From Alphaproteobacteria bacterium (GTDB lineage: Bacteria; Pseudomonadota; Alphaproteobacteria; UBA2966), in contig OZ219856.1 of the NCBI GenBank assembly GCA_964291395.2, positions 1,600,001 through 1,664,000 on the forward strand: a stretch of 64,000 bases of DNA, given 5' to 3'. This document shows positions 18,986 through 28,790 of this stretch, piece after piece. Under the pieces are notes generated by a model. The model was given only the letters and a program-made list of their open reading frames with translations. It did no database searches and was not told where the DNA came from. Made by a program: the position numbers and the translations under genes. Each line of letters begins with the position of its first letter. Position 1 is the first letter of the stretch.

Positions 18986-19930
18986 GTGGCTAAACGCGGA
19001 CGGTCCGGCTGGCCGCTTGCGGTCGCCTTTTGCCTGGCGCTCGCGCCGGCCGGCGTCGGCGCCCAAGACGCGGTGGAGGCGACGCTGGCGGTCGAGTCCC
19101 TGCTGCTCGACGGGGCGGCGGTCGGTTCCCGGCTGATCGTGGTAGGCGAACGGGGTCACATCCTGGTTTCCGCCGACGGCGGCGCGACCTGGACGCAGGC
19201 CCGGGTCCCCATCCGCGCTCTGCTCACCGCGGTACACATGCACGACGAGCGCACCGGCTGGGCGGTCGGACACGACGCGGCGATCCTGCGCACCAGCGAC
19301 GGCGGCTCGACGTGGCGGATGGTGCACCACGCGCCGGAAGAAGAGCGCCCCCTGCTCGACGTCTGGTTCCGCGACGAGCGCACCGGCTTCGCCGTGGGGG
19401 CCTACGGCTATTTCCTCGCCACCGAGGACGGCGGAGAGACCTGGACCTCGCGCACCATCGGCGAGGACGACTTTCATCTGAACGCGCTGGTTCCGGCCGG
19501 GAGCCAACGTCTGTTCATCGCGGCGGAGGCGGGGGTCGTTTACCGTTCCGACGACGGCGGCGAGACCTGGCGCAAGCTGCCCTCCCCCTACGCGGGGTCG
19601 TGGTTCGGAGCGCTCGCGCTCGACGAGGACGAGGTGCTGCTGATGGGGCTCAGAGGCCACCTGTTCCGTTCCGGGGACGCGGGCGAAAGCTGGACACGAG
19701 TGCCCACCGGGACCAACGCGACCTTGACCGACGCCGTCCGCTTGCAGTCCGGGGCAATGCTGATCACGGGCCTCGAAGGGACCCTGCTCAGCAGTCGGGA
19801 CGGCGGGCGCAGCGTGTCGTTCACGAGGCTGCCGTCGCGCCAGGGGATTTCGGCCGCGTTGCCGCTCGCGGATGGCGGCGTTCTGCTGATCGGAGAATTC
19901 GGCGTCCGGCGTCTGTCCCGGGATGGATAA
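18986..19930 (+). CDS. YCF48-like / BNR-repeat beta-propeller protein
   Basis: VGERGHILVSADGGATW, GWAVGHDAAILRTSDGGSTW, repeated S/T-x-D-G-G-x-T/S-W Asp boxes. Confidence 0.9.
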   Translation: MAKRGRSGWPLAVAFCLALAPAGVGAQDAVEATLAVESLLLDGAAVGSRLIVVGERGHILVSADGGATWTQARVPIRALLTAVHMHDERTGWAVGHDAAILRTSDGGSTWRMVHHAPEEERPLLDVWFRDERTGFAVGAYGYFLATEDGGETWTSRTIGEDDFHLNALVPAGSQRLFIAAEAGVVYRSDDGGETWRKLPSPYAGSWFGALALDEDEVLLMGLRGHLFRSGDAGESWTRVPTGTNATLTDAVRLQSGAMLITGLEGTLLSSRDGGRSVSFTRLPSRQGISAALPLADGGVLLIGEFGVRRLSRDG

Positions 19931-19945
19931 CCTTCCGAGGTTCCC

Positions 19946-22279
19946 TTGACGGCACGAATCGAGAAGCTGCTGTTCGCCCACCGCCGCCTCGTGCTCGCGG
20001 CGTTCGTGCTCGCCACCCTGGGGATGGGATGGTTCGCGGCAGGGCTGCGGGTCGATGCCGGCTTCACCAAGCTGGTGCCGCTCGAACACGAGTACATGCG
20101 CACGTTTCTGGAGCATCGGGACGAGTTCGGCGGCGCGGACCGCGTGGTGATCGCTCTGGTGACGCGCCGCGGCGACATGTTCACGCCCGAGTTCTTCGCG
20201 GCGCTGCGCGAGGTGACCGACGCGATGTTCTTCCTGCCCGGTATCGACCGGACCCAGGTCTATTCCGTCCTCACCCCGAACGTGCGCTTCATCGAGGTGG
20301 TGGAAGACGGCATCACCGCCGGCAACGTGGTGCCGGCGGACTTCGAGCCGACCGAGGCCGGCCTCGCCCAGGTGCGCGAGAACATCATCAAGGCCGGCAT
20401 CGTCGGCCGCCTGGTGGCGAACGATTTCACCGGCGCGATCGTCAGCGGCAAGCTGCAGGAGTTTCATCCGAACACCGGCGAGCGACTCGACTACATCGAG
20501 GTCGCACGCGAGCTCGAACGCATCCGCCACGAGGCGCAGGCGCGTGCCGACGTGGACGTGCACGTGGACCTGCACGTCATCGGGTTCGCCAAGATGGTGG
20601 GGGACATCGCGGCGGGCGCCACGCGGGTGATAGCGTTCTTCGGAATCACCTTCGTGATTACCGCTCTGTTCGTGTACGCCTACACACGGTCGATCCGCCT
20701 GACCATACCGCCGCTGGCGTGCTCCCTGGTGGCGGTCGTCTGGCAGCTCGGCGGGCTCACCGCGCTGGGCTTCGGGGTCGATCCGATGTCCATCCTGGTG
20801 CCGTTCCTGGTGTTCGCGATCGGGGTCAGCCATGGGGTGCAGATGGTGAGCGCGGTGCGCGCGGAGACGATCGACGGCTCGAGCGGCCTCGACGCCGCGC
20901 GGGCGAGCTTCCGCCGCCTGCTGCTGCCGGGCGCGGTGGCGCTCGCCTCCGACTCCGTCGGCTTCATCACCATCTCGCTCATCGAGGTGCAGGTCATCCA
21001 GGAGATCGCGATCACCGCGAGCCTCGGAGTCGCCGCGATCATTCTCACCAACCTGGCGCTGCTGCCGGTGCTGCTCTCGTACTTCGAGGTGAACGACGCT
21101 GAGCGGCGGGCGGCGCTGGCACGCGACAATCTGCTGCGGCCGGTGTGGTCGAGGGTGGCACGTCTGGCGCATCGGAGACCCGCCGCGGTGGTGATCGGAG
21201 TGGCCGCGGTGCTGCTGGCGGCCGGCGCAGGTTACGCTCCGCAAGTGCGGGTAGGCGACGAGCATCGGGGCGTGCCGGAGCTTCGGGCGGATTCCAGGTA
21301 TAATCTCGATTCCGCCGTGATCACCGAGCGCTTCGAGATCGGCGTGGACGTATTGACGGTGATCGCGGAAACCGTGACGGAGGGTTGTATCGACTACGAG
21401 GTGATGCGCACCCTCGACGACTTCGAATGGCACGCGCGCAACGTGGACGGCGTCCAGTCGGTGCTCGGTCTCGCCGGCGTCGCCCGCAACATCAACGCGA
21501 GCTGGAACGAGGGCAGTCTCAAGTGGCGGACTCTGCCGCGCAACCACTACACGCTCGTACAGGCCGTGTCCCCGGTGCCGACGAGCAGCGGCCTGCTCAA
21601 CACCGATTGCAGCGTGATGCCGGTGTCGGTCTACACCGCCGACCACAAGGCGGAGACCATCGAGCGCATCGTCGACGCGGTGAAGGACTTCAACAACGCG
21701 AATGGGAACGAACGCATCGCCTTTCGGCTCGCGGCCGGCAACGTCGGGGTGATGGCGGCGACCAACGAGGAGGTCGAGGCGTCCCAGTTCCCGATTCTCG
21801 GCTACGTCTACGCCGCGGTCATCGTTCTGTGCCTGCTGTCCTTCCGCTCGGTGACGGCGACGGTGTGCATCATCGTACCCCTCGGCGTGGTCTCACTGCT
21901 CGCCTACGCGCTGATGGCGCTTCTGGAGATCGGCCTCAAGGTCTCCACGCTGCCGGTCGTGGCGCTCGGCGTCGGGATCGGAGTGGACTACGGGATCTAC
22001 ATCTACGGGCGGCTGCGCACCCACCTCGCGGAGGGACTCGACTTCGCCACGGCGTACGAAAGAACGCTGGGCACCACGGGGGCTGGCGTGGTACTCACCG
22101 GCCTCACCCTGGCGGCGGGAGTCGCGACGTGGATCGTGGCGCCTCTCAAATTCCAGGCCGACATGGGCACGGTGCTGACGTTCATGTTCCTCGTCAACAT
22201 GGTCGGCGCCGTGGTGCTGCTGCCCGCGCTGGGTGCCTGGCTGGTCAGGCCGAAGAAGGCGAGGACGCATGGACCGTGA
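19946..22279 (+). CDS. MMPL/RND-family inner membrane transporter
   Basis: DPMSILVPFLVFAIGVSHGVQM, GVPELRADSRYN, LAAGNVGVMAATN, LGVGIGVDYGIY, KFQADMG; canonical fourth gene of DUF1302/DUF1329 modules. Confidence 0.92.
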   Translation: MTARIEKLLFAHRRLVLAAFVLATLGMGWFAAGLRVDAGFTKLVPLEHEYMRTFLEHRDEFGGADRVVIALVTRRGDMFTPEFFAALREVTDAMFFLPGIDRTQVYSVLTPNVRFIEVVEDGITAGNVVPADFEPTEAGLAQVRENIIKAGIVGRLVANDFTGAIVSGKLQEFHPNTGERLDYIEVARELERIRHEAQARADVDVHVDLHVIGFAKMVGDIAAGATRVIAFFGITFVITALFVYAYTRSIRLTIPPLACSLVAVVWQLGGLTALGFGVDPMSILVPFLVFAIGVSHGVQMVSAVRAETIDGSSGLDAARASFRRLLLPGAVALASDSVGFITISLIEVQVIQEIAITASLGVAAIILTNLALLPVLLSYFEVNDAERRAALARDNLLRPVWSRVARLAHRRPAAVVIGVAAVLLAAGAGYAPQVRVGDEHRGVPELRADSRYNLDSAVITERFEIGVDVLTVIAETVTEGCIDYEVMRTLDDFEWHARNVDGVQSVLGLAGVARNINASWNEGSLKWRTLPRNHYTLVQAVSPVPTSSGLLNTDCSVMPVSVYTADHKAETIERIVDAVKDFNNANGNERIAFRLAAGNVGVMAATNEEVEASQFPILGYVYAAVIVLCLLSFRSVTATVCIIVPLGVVSLLAYALMALLEIGLKVSTLPVVALGVGIGVDYGIYIYGRLRTHLAEGLDFATAYERTLGTTGAGVVLTGLTLAAGVATWIVAPLKFQADMGTVLTFMFLVNMVGAVVLLPALGAWLVRPKKARTHGP

Positions 22280-23627
22280 TCCCCCGACGGGACGCTTCGC
22301 CCGCGTTCGCGAGCGCCTCGGCCTTGTGAGGAAGTCCGGGCTGTTGCTAGATTTTTGGCGCCATCCGGGCGAACGAAGGCAGCGCATGAAGAGAATAGCG
22401 TGGATCATGCTGCCGATCGGGCTACTGGCTGTCGGCGTCGGCGGGATGTCGCACCTGATCAGCAGCAAGCCGCGACTTGAGCCGTCACCGCCAACGGAAC
22501 GGGTTTGGACGGTTGACGCCGTAACGGTGCGCCTGGAGGACGTACAGCCGCAAATACAGCTGTTCGGCAAGATTTTTGCCGCCCGCGAAATACAGCTACG
22601 GGCCCTTGTTCCGGGTCAGGTTATCGAGGTGCACACCGATCTGGTGGAGGGCGGGATCGTCCGCCGCGGTGAGCTGATCCTTGCCATTGACGAGTTCGAA
22701 TACCGTTCCGGCCTGAAGGAGAGCAAGGCGCGGCTGGCCGAAGCAAAGGCGCGGCTCGTCGAGCTGGAGGCCCGGCGGGTGGCCGAGGTGCAGGCCTTGG
22801 AGCGCGATCGAGACATCCTCGCCCTGCTGGCACGAGATCTGAAGCGCGCGGAGCAGCTTTCGGCTCGGGGTAATATTTCGGACCAGGCCTTGGACCACAA
22901 GCGCTTGGAACTGAGCCGTCAAGAACGTGCGATCGCGCTCAGGCAGAACGGGATCGCCGCCGAGTCGGCGCGCCTCGAACAGGAGAAAGCGATCATAGAG
23001 CGCCTGGACGTGGCCGTGCAGAGGGCGCGATACGATCTCGAACGGACCCGACTGCAGGCGCCGTTCGATGGGATTTTCCGGGACACGACGGTACAGGTGG
23101 GCCAACGCCTCGGCGTCAACGACAAGATCGGCAGCCTGGTCGACACCGGCCGCTTCGAGGCGCGCTTTCATATCCCGGATGCCCTGTACGGACGCCTCAC
23201 CGGCACGAACCAGGGGATCATCGGGCGGACGGCGCGGGTAATCTGGCGGGCGGGATCACGAGAGACCGCCTTGGACGCGGTGGTCGAGCGAGTGGGCGCG
23301 CAGATCGACCCGGCGAGCGGCGGTGTCGAGCTGTTCGCGCGAATCGAAGACCCGGAAGCCGCCTCGCTGCTGCGGCCGGGCGCCTTCGTCGAAGTTCTCA
23401 TTCCCGACCAGTCCTACGCCAATGTCGCGAGAGTTCCGGAAACGGTCTTGCATCCGGGCAACATTGCCTATGCCGTCGAGGACGGCCGGATGGTCCCGCG
23501 GCGGACGGAGATCGTGGGCCGGATCGGAAACGACGTACTGCTGCGCGGCGAGATCTCGGATGGCGAACGGATGGTAACCACCCAATCGGTGACGATGGCG
23601 CCCGGCCTGCGGGTCGAGGTGCGCTAG
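22269..23627 (+). CDS. Efflux RND transporter periplasmic adaptor (MFP)
   Basis: N-terminal TM, lipoyl halves (VPGQVIEV..EGGIVRRGELI; RLQAPFDG), long coiled coil, LRPGAFVEV. Start at 22269 or 22386. Confidence 0.88.
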   Translation: MDRDPPTGRFARVRERLGLVRKSGLLLDFWRHPGERRQRMKRIAWIMLPIGLLAVGVGGMSHLISSKPRLEPSPPTERVWTVDAVTVRLEDVQPQIQLFGKIFAAREIQLRALVPGQVIEVHTDLVEGGIVRRGELILAIDEFEYRSGLKESKARLAEAKARLVELEARRVAEVQALERDRDILALLARDLKRAEQLSARGNISDQALDHKRLELSRQERAIALRQNGIAAESARLEQEKAIIERLDVAVQRARYDLERTRLQAPFDGIFRDTTVQVGQRLGVNDKIGSLVDTGRFEARFHIPDALYGRLTGTNQGIIGRTARVIWRAGSRETALDAVVERVGAQIDPASGGVELFARIEDPEAASLLRPGAFVEVLIPDQSYANVARVPETVLHPGNIAYAVEDGRMVPRRTEIVGRIGNDVLLRGEISDGERMVTTQSVTMAPGLRVEVR

Positions 23628-23648
23628 CCGGCCAAGCGGCCGATACCG

Positions 23649-26600
23649 ATGTTCGGCAAGAACCTGATCCGACTGTTCGTGCGCCATCGCAATGCCGCCA
23701 ACCTGTTGATGGCATTGATATTCATTGCCGGCGCCTATGCGTTGTCGAAGCTGAATACCCAGTTCTTTCCCGACTTCGGCATCGATGTAATCTCGATTGA
23801 GGTGGCTTGGCCGGGCGCGAGTGCCCGGGACGTCGAAGCCAACATCGTTGCGGCGATCGAGCCGGAGGTGCGGTTTCTGGACGGGGTTGACCGGGTGACC
23901 TCCTACGCGACGGAGGGTTCGGGACGGCTGGTCGTCGAGTATGAGGCGGGTACCGACATGCAGTCGGCGCTGTCGGACGCCGAGGCCGCGGTACGGCGGA
24001 TCAGCACGCTGCCGGAGGAGAGCGAGCGGCCGCTGGTACGCCGCATCATGCGTTACGACACGATCGTACGTCTGGTGCTGTCGGGTCCGTACTCGGAGGC
24101 GATGCTGAAGCGTCAGGCAAAGCGGATGCGCGACGATTTGTTGGCGGCCGGGGTTGACCGGGTGACGTTTTTCGGCGCGCGCGACGAAGAGATCCTGGTC
24201 GAGGTCGAGCCGCGGGTCCTGCGTCAGCTCGATTTGACGCCGACGGCGGTGGCGGCCCGCATCGAAGCCAGCAACCGCGACATCCCGTCGGGGAATCTCC
24301 AGGGTTCGGTAGAGAAGCAGTTGCGCAGCCTCGGCCTGCGGACCACGTCGCGTGATCTCGGAGACATAGAAATCAGGGCGCTCGACAACGGCCAGAAGAT
24401 TCATTTGCGCGACATTGCATCGCTGTCAGAGGCGTTTGACGACGATGCACCCATCGGTCTGCGCAACGGCCGTCCCGCGATCGAGCTGCACGTGCAGCGG
24501 TCCCTCGCCGCCGACGCCCTCGATGAAGGGGAGATCGTCGACCGCTACCTGGCCGAGGCACGGGGCAACTTTCCGCCGCAACTCCGTATCGAGCAGTACG
24601 ACGCCCAGGCGGGGCTGATCGAGCAACGCATCGAGATTCTGCTGAGCAACGGGCTTAGCGGATTGATCCTGGTGGTGGGGGTGCTTGTCGTGTTTCTCAA
24701 CGGCCGCACCGCGTTCTGGGTGGCAGCCGGAATTCCGACCGCCTTCATGGCCGCGCTCGGAGCGATCCTGGTGCTGGGCGGAAGCATCAACATGGTTACT
24801 CTGTTCGCGCTGATCATGACGCTCGGGCTCATCGTCGACGACACGATCGTCGTGGGCGAGCACGCGGCGGCACGGCGCGAGGCGGGGGCAAGCGCGCGGC
24901 AAGCGGCGGAAGCGGGCGCGCTGCGCATGCTGGCGCCCGTGATGGCCGCTTCTCTGACGACGGTTGCCGCATTCATCCCGCTTGTCGCCATGGGCGGCAT
25001 CATCGGCCAGATCGTGGGTGCCATTCCACTGGTGGTGGTTGCGGTCATCCTCGCCAGCCTGGTCGAGTGTTTTCTCGTATTGCCCGGCCATCTGCGGGAG
25101 TCATTGGAGAGACACGGCGGCAGGCGCAACGTGCTGCTGCGACGTTTCGATTCCGGCTTCGAGCATTTTCGCGCCGGCCCGTTCCTGAGGCTTGTCCGGT
25201 TCTGCGTACGCTGGCGCTATGCGACGATGTCCTGCGCCATTTCGATCTTCCTCCTGTCGGTCGGGCTGACGCTCGGCGGCCGAGTGGGATTTCATTTTTT
25301 CCCGACGCCGGAGGCCGATGTGGCGATCGGCAACGTCGTGATGACGCCCGGCGCGCCGCGCCGCGACACCGCAGCCATGGTCCAGGAAATGTCGGATGCC
25401 GTCGAAAGGGCCGTCTCGAGCCTTACCGAGGACGGCGCGGAACTGGTAGCCATGAGTTTCGGCAGCGTCGGCCGCAGCGGCGGCAGGCCGGCCACGCAGA
25501 TCGGGGGCGACCAGTACGGCGCCTTGACGGTGGAATTGGTCCCGTCCGACCAGCGCACGGTGCGCACGAACGAATTCATCGAGGCGTGGCGCAAGGAAAT
25601 TCGCCCGCCGCCCAATGTCGAGCATATCAGTCTCAATGCCCGCACCGGCGGCCCGCCGGGCCGCGAAATCGACATTCGCCTGCGCGGAGGCACGGCCGAC
25701 AATCTCAAAGCGGCGGCGGCCGAAGCCAAAGGCCTGTTGAGGCGTTTCCCCGGCATCAGTTCCATCGAGGACGACCTTCCCTATGGCAAGCAGGAGCTGG
25801 TTCTGGAAGTGACCCCCCGGGGCAGGGCCCTCGGCTTCACCACCGAGAGCGCCGGAATGCAGGTGAGAAACGCGTTCCAGGGCGTCATAGCCCAACGCTT
25901 CGCTCGCGGCGACGAGGAGGTCGAAATCAAGGTACGGTATCCGCGCGGGAGCGCGGACGGCGCCTCGTTCCACAGCCTGTTCCTACGCGCGCCCGACGGT
26001 ACCGAGGTGCCGCTGAGCGAGGTCGTCACCCTGCGCCAGGAACGCGGCTTCTCCCGTCTCCGCCGCGAAGACGGGGCGCGGGAGGTCGCGGTCACGGCCG
26101 AAATCGACGAGACGGTCACCAGCCTCGGCGCCCTGCTTCCGGCCATCACCGAGGGCGGGCTCGCCGACATCGCAGAACGCTATGGGCTCAGCCACCGGTT
26201 CAAAGGAAAGGCGGAGGAACAGGCCGAGTCCGCCGCCGACATGGGCACCGGCGCCGTTATCGGCCTGGTCGCCATTTACATCATCCTGGCGTGGGTGTTC
26301 GCCAATTTCAGCCGACCCGTCATCGTCATGGCCATCATCCCGTTCGGTTTCGTCGGAGCGGTGCTCGGCCACCTGCTGCTCGGCTTCGACCTCACCATCC
26401 TCAGCATGATCGGCCTGTTGGGCCTTTCCGGCATCCTCGTCAACAACTCCATCATCCTGGTCCGCACCGTCGACGAATACATCGACGACGGAACACCTTT
26501 GCGCGACGCCATCGTCGCCGGGTGTCGAGACCGGCTGCGCCCGGTGCTGCTCACGTCATTGACCACAATCGGCGGTCTGGTGCCGCTGCTGTTCGAGGGT

Positions 26601-26774
26601 AGTTTTCAAGCCCAATTCCTGATCCCGATGGCGATCACGATCGTGTTCGGGCTCGCCGTCGCAACCTTGATCGTGCTGATCATCATCCCCGCCCTCCTCG
26701 TCATCGACGAGGATATCCGCGCTTTCCTCAGGCACCTTCGACGCAGACGGAGCCTCGCCCGAATGCCCGGATGA
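23649..26774 (+). CDS. Efflux RND transporter permease (AcrB/AcrD/AcrF family)
   Basis: 1041 aa; AANLLM, WPGASARDVE, GLIVDDTIVVGE, RLRPVLLTSLTTIGGL.PL. Confidence 0.93.
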   Translation: MFGKNLIRLFVRHRNAANLLMALIFIAGAYALSKLNTQFFPDFGIDVISIEVAWPGASARDVEANIVAAIEPEVRFLDGVDRVTSYATEGSGRLVVEYEAGTDMQSALSDAEAAVRRISTLPEESERPLVRRIMRYDTIVRLVLSGPYSEAMLKRQAKRMRDDLLAAGVDRVTFFGARDEEILVEVEPRVLRQLDLTPTAVAARIEASNRDIPSGNLQGSVEKQLRSLGLRTTSRDLGDIEIRALDNGQKIHLRDIASLSEAFDDDAPIGLRNGRPAIELHVQRSLAADALDEGEIVDRYLAEARGNFPPQLRIEQYDAQAGLIEQRIEILLSNGLSGLILVVGVLVVFLNGRTAFWVAAGIPTAFMAALGAILVLGGSINMVTLFALIMTLGLIVDDTIVVGEHAAARREAGASARQAAEAGALRMLAPVMAASLTTVAAFIPLVAMGGIIGQIVGAIPLVVVAVILASLVECFLVLPGHLRESLERHGGRRNVLLRRFDSGFEHFRAGPFLRLVRFCVRWRYATMSCAISIFLLSVGLTLGGRVGFHFFPTPEADVAIGNVVMTPGAPRRDTAAMVQEMSDAVERAVSSLTEDGAELVAMSFGSVGRSGGRPATQIGGDQYGALTVELVPSDQRTVRTNEFIEAWRKEIRPPPNVEHISLNARTGGPPGREIDIRLRGGTADNLKAAAAEAKGLLRRFPGISSIEDDLPYGKQELVLEVTPRGRALGFTTESAGMQVRNAFQGVIAQRFARGDEEVEIKVRYPRGSADGASFHSLFLRAPDGTEVPLSEVVTLRQERGFSRLRREDGAREVAVTAEIDETVTSLGALLPAITEGGLADIAERYGLSHRFKGKAEEQAESAADMGTGAVIGLVAIYIILAWVFANFSRPVIVMAIIPFGFVGAVLGHLLLGFDLTILSMIGLLGLSGILVNNSIILVRTVDEYIDDGTPLRDAIVAGCRDRLRPVLLTSLTTIGGLVPLLFEGSFQAQFLIPMAITIVFGLAVATLIVLIIIPALLVIDEDIRAFLRHLRRRRSLARMPG

Positions 26775-26894
26775 CCGGGGCTCGGTTCCCTTCCCCTTCC
26801 TGCGGCCGGACTTCGCGTGCCGGACCACTCTGGACATTCCCTGACATGGGACCAATGATGCCTCCGGAATATCTCTGAAAGGCATTGACGATCA

Positions 26895-27824
26895 ATGGCC
26901 GCACCGCAGAAACGCCTGGGATTCATCGGACTGGGCGCGATGGGCAAGCCCATGGCGCGGAACATCGCGAAACGTCTAGGCATCTCCGTCAATCTGTACG
27001 ACGTGCGCGCCGAGGCCATGGCCGACTCCGACGAATGGGGCGGCATCGTCCGTGCTTCACCGGCCGAGGTCGCCGCCGTGAGCGACGTGATCTTCACCAT
27101 GCTGCCTGCGGACGAGCACCTGCGGGCGGCTGCCCTCGGCCCCGACGGAGTCATCGAGAGCGCGCGGGACGGCTTGACCTTGGTCGACTTCAGCACCCTC
27201 GGTCCGGCGACCATCCGCGAGGTCGATGCGAAATTTCGCGAGAAGGGCGCCCGATGCCTCGCCGCCGCCGTGACTCTCGGCGTGCCGCGCGCCATCGCAG
27301 GCACGCTTTCGGTTTACGTGGACACGGCGGTCAACGAAGACGAGGATCTCATGGCCTTCGTGCGGGGGTGTTCGGCCACCGTGCTGCCCATCGGCGAGAC
27401 CGGCAGCGCCAAGGTGATGAAGCTCGTGAACAACTTCCTGACCGGGGTGGGCACCGTGATCATCTCCGAAGTCATCGGCCTCGGGGTCAAGGCCGGTGTC
27501 CCCGCGGAGACGCTGTTCCGGCTTCTGATGAAAGGGTCCGGCGCAAGCTACCTCATGGAGAAGGAGATCATGGAGACGGTGCCCAAGGGGGACATGGGTC
27601 CCGGCCGATTCAGCGTCGATTTCATGGTCAAGGACCTGAAGCTCGCGCAGGAGATGGGCCGCCAGCACGGACACCCGAGCCACTATATCGCGGCGGCCCT
27701 CGCGGCCTTCAACGGCGCCCGGGCCTATGGGCACGGAAACGATTACGTGGGCTCGGTCGTTCGCTGGCATGAGACCGCCGCGAACATGGAGCCGGTCGGG
27801 CCGACGGAAAAGGTACAGACATGA
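26895..27824 (+). CDS. NAD(P)-dependent beta-hydroxyacid dehydrogenase (3-hydroxyisobutyrate DH family)
   Basis: GFIGLGAMGKPMARN, VDFST, MKLVNN, FMVKDL. Confidence 0.88.
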   Translation: MAAPQKRLGFIGLGAMGKPMARNIAKRLGISVNLYDVRAEAMADSDEWGGIVRASPAEVAAVSDVIFTMLPADEHLRAAALGPDGVIESARDGLTLVDFSTLGPATIREVDAKFREKGARCLAAAVTLGVPRAIAGTLSVYVDTAVNEDEDLMAFVRGCSATVLPIGETGSAKVMKLVNNFLTGVGTVIISEVIGLGVKAGVPAETLFRLLMKGSGASYLMEKEIMETVPKGDMGPGRFSVDFMVKDLKLAQEMGRQHGHPSHYIAAALAAFNGARAYGHGNDYVGSVVRWHETAANMEPVGPTEKVQT

Positions 27825-28729
27825 AGATCGGTACCGTCGGCATCGGCGCCATGGGAGCACCCATGGCCCGGAACCTCGCCCAGGGCGGCGATTCCGTTCT
27901 CGCATTCGATGTCGCCCCCGAGAAGGTGGACGCGATCGCCGGCAACGGTGTCGAACGGGCCGGGGCCGTGGCCGATATAGCGCGAGAGTGCGAGCTGATC
28001 GTCCTGATGACCCCGGACGACAAGGCGCTGCGCGACGTCATGCTGGGAGACGGCGGAATCCTGTCCGTCGGGTCGTTCTCCGGGTGCGTCGTCGACCTCA
28101 GCACCACGTCCGAGAATCTCGCCCGCGAGATCGGCGCGGCGGCCGCCGCGCAGGGGGTGGGATACCTCGACGGCGCCGTCATCGGCGGCAGCGTCGCGGC
28201 CGCGCGCAACGCGGCGTCACCGGTCGTCGTCTCGGGCGACGAGGCCTTGCTCGAGCGCTACCGGCACGTGCTCGAACGTCTCGGCTCGGTCGACTATGCC
28301 GGCGTCCAGGGCAACGCGAAAATCGTGAAGATCTGCAATAACCTGCTGCTCGGCATGCACACGGTGTCGGGAGCCGAAGCGCTGTCCGTCGGAGAAGCCG
28401 CGGGGCTTGCGCTTGAAGACATGGTCGCCTGGCTCGACGTGAGCTCCGGCAACACCGCGGCGATGCAGGTGATGTTCGGGTATTTCGTCGAGCACGGTAC
28501 GTTTCCCGAAGGAAACGCCTCGTTCAAATTCTTCGACAAGGACATGGCGCTCGGTTGTGCGCTGGCCGAACGCCAAGATTACCCGGCGTCCCTGGCCCTG
28601 CTGACGCGCGAGCTGCTCGCGACCGCCGCCCAGATGGAAGGAGCCGGTGCCCCTTTCGCTTCGGTCCTCGCCTATTACCGGACCATGCAGCGCGCCGTCG
28701 CCGGGGGCGACAAACCGTCGTCCGCCTGA
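27821..28729 (+). CDS. NAD(P)-dependent beta-hydroxyacid dehydrogenase (second copy)
   Basis: VGIGAMGAPMARN, VDLST, YLDGAVIGG, VKICNN, FDKDM; ATGA overlap with the previous gene. Confidence 0.88.
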   Translation: MKIGTVGIGAMGAPMARNLAQGGDSVLAFDVAPEKVDAIAGNGVERAGAVADIARECELIVLMTPDDKALRDVMLGDGGILSVGSFSGCVVDLSTTSENLAREIGAAAAAQGVGYLDGAVIGGSVAAARNAASPVVVSGDEALLERYRHVLERLGSVDYAGVQGNAKIVKICNNLLLGMHTVSGAEALSVGEAAGLALEDMVAWLDVSSGNTAAMQVMFGYFVEHGTFPEGNASFKFFDKDMALGCALAERQDYPASLALLTRELLATAAQMEGAGAPFASVLAYYRTMQRAVAGGDKPSSA

Positions 28730-28790
28730 GGCGTCTCCGGCGCGCGGGCGCGATCATTCCGACGAAGCGGGAGACTTCCGCGGGGGAGAC

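Noticed and set aside
16829-21646. 1605-aa minus-strand ORF
   Set aside because: Antisense shadow of the well-supported DUF1329/YCF48/MMPL genes; Arg/Gly/His-rich with no motifs, as expected at high GC.
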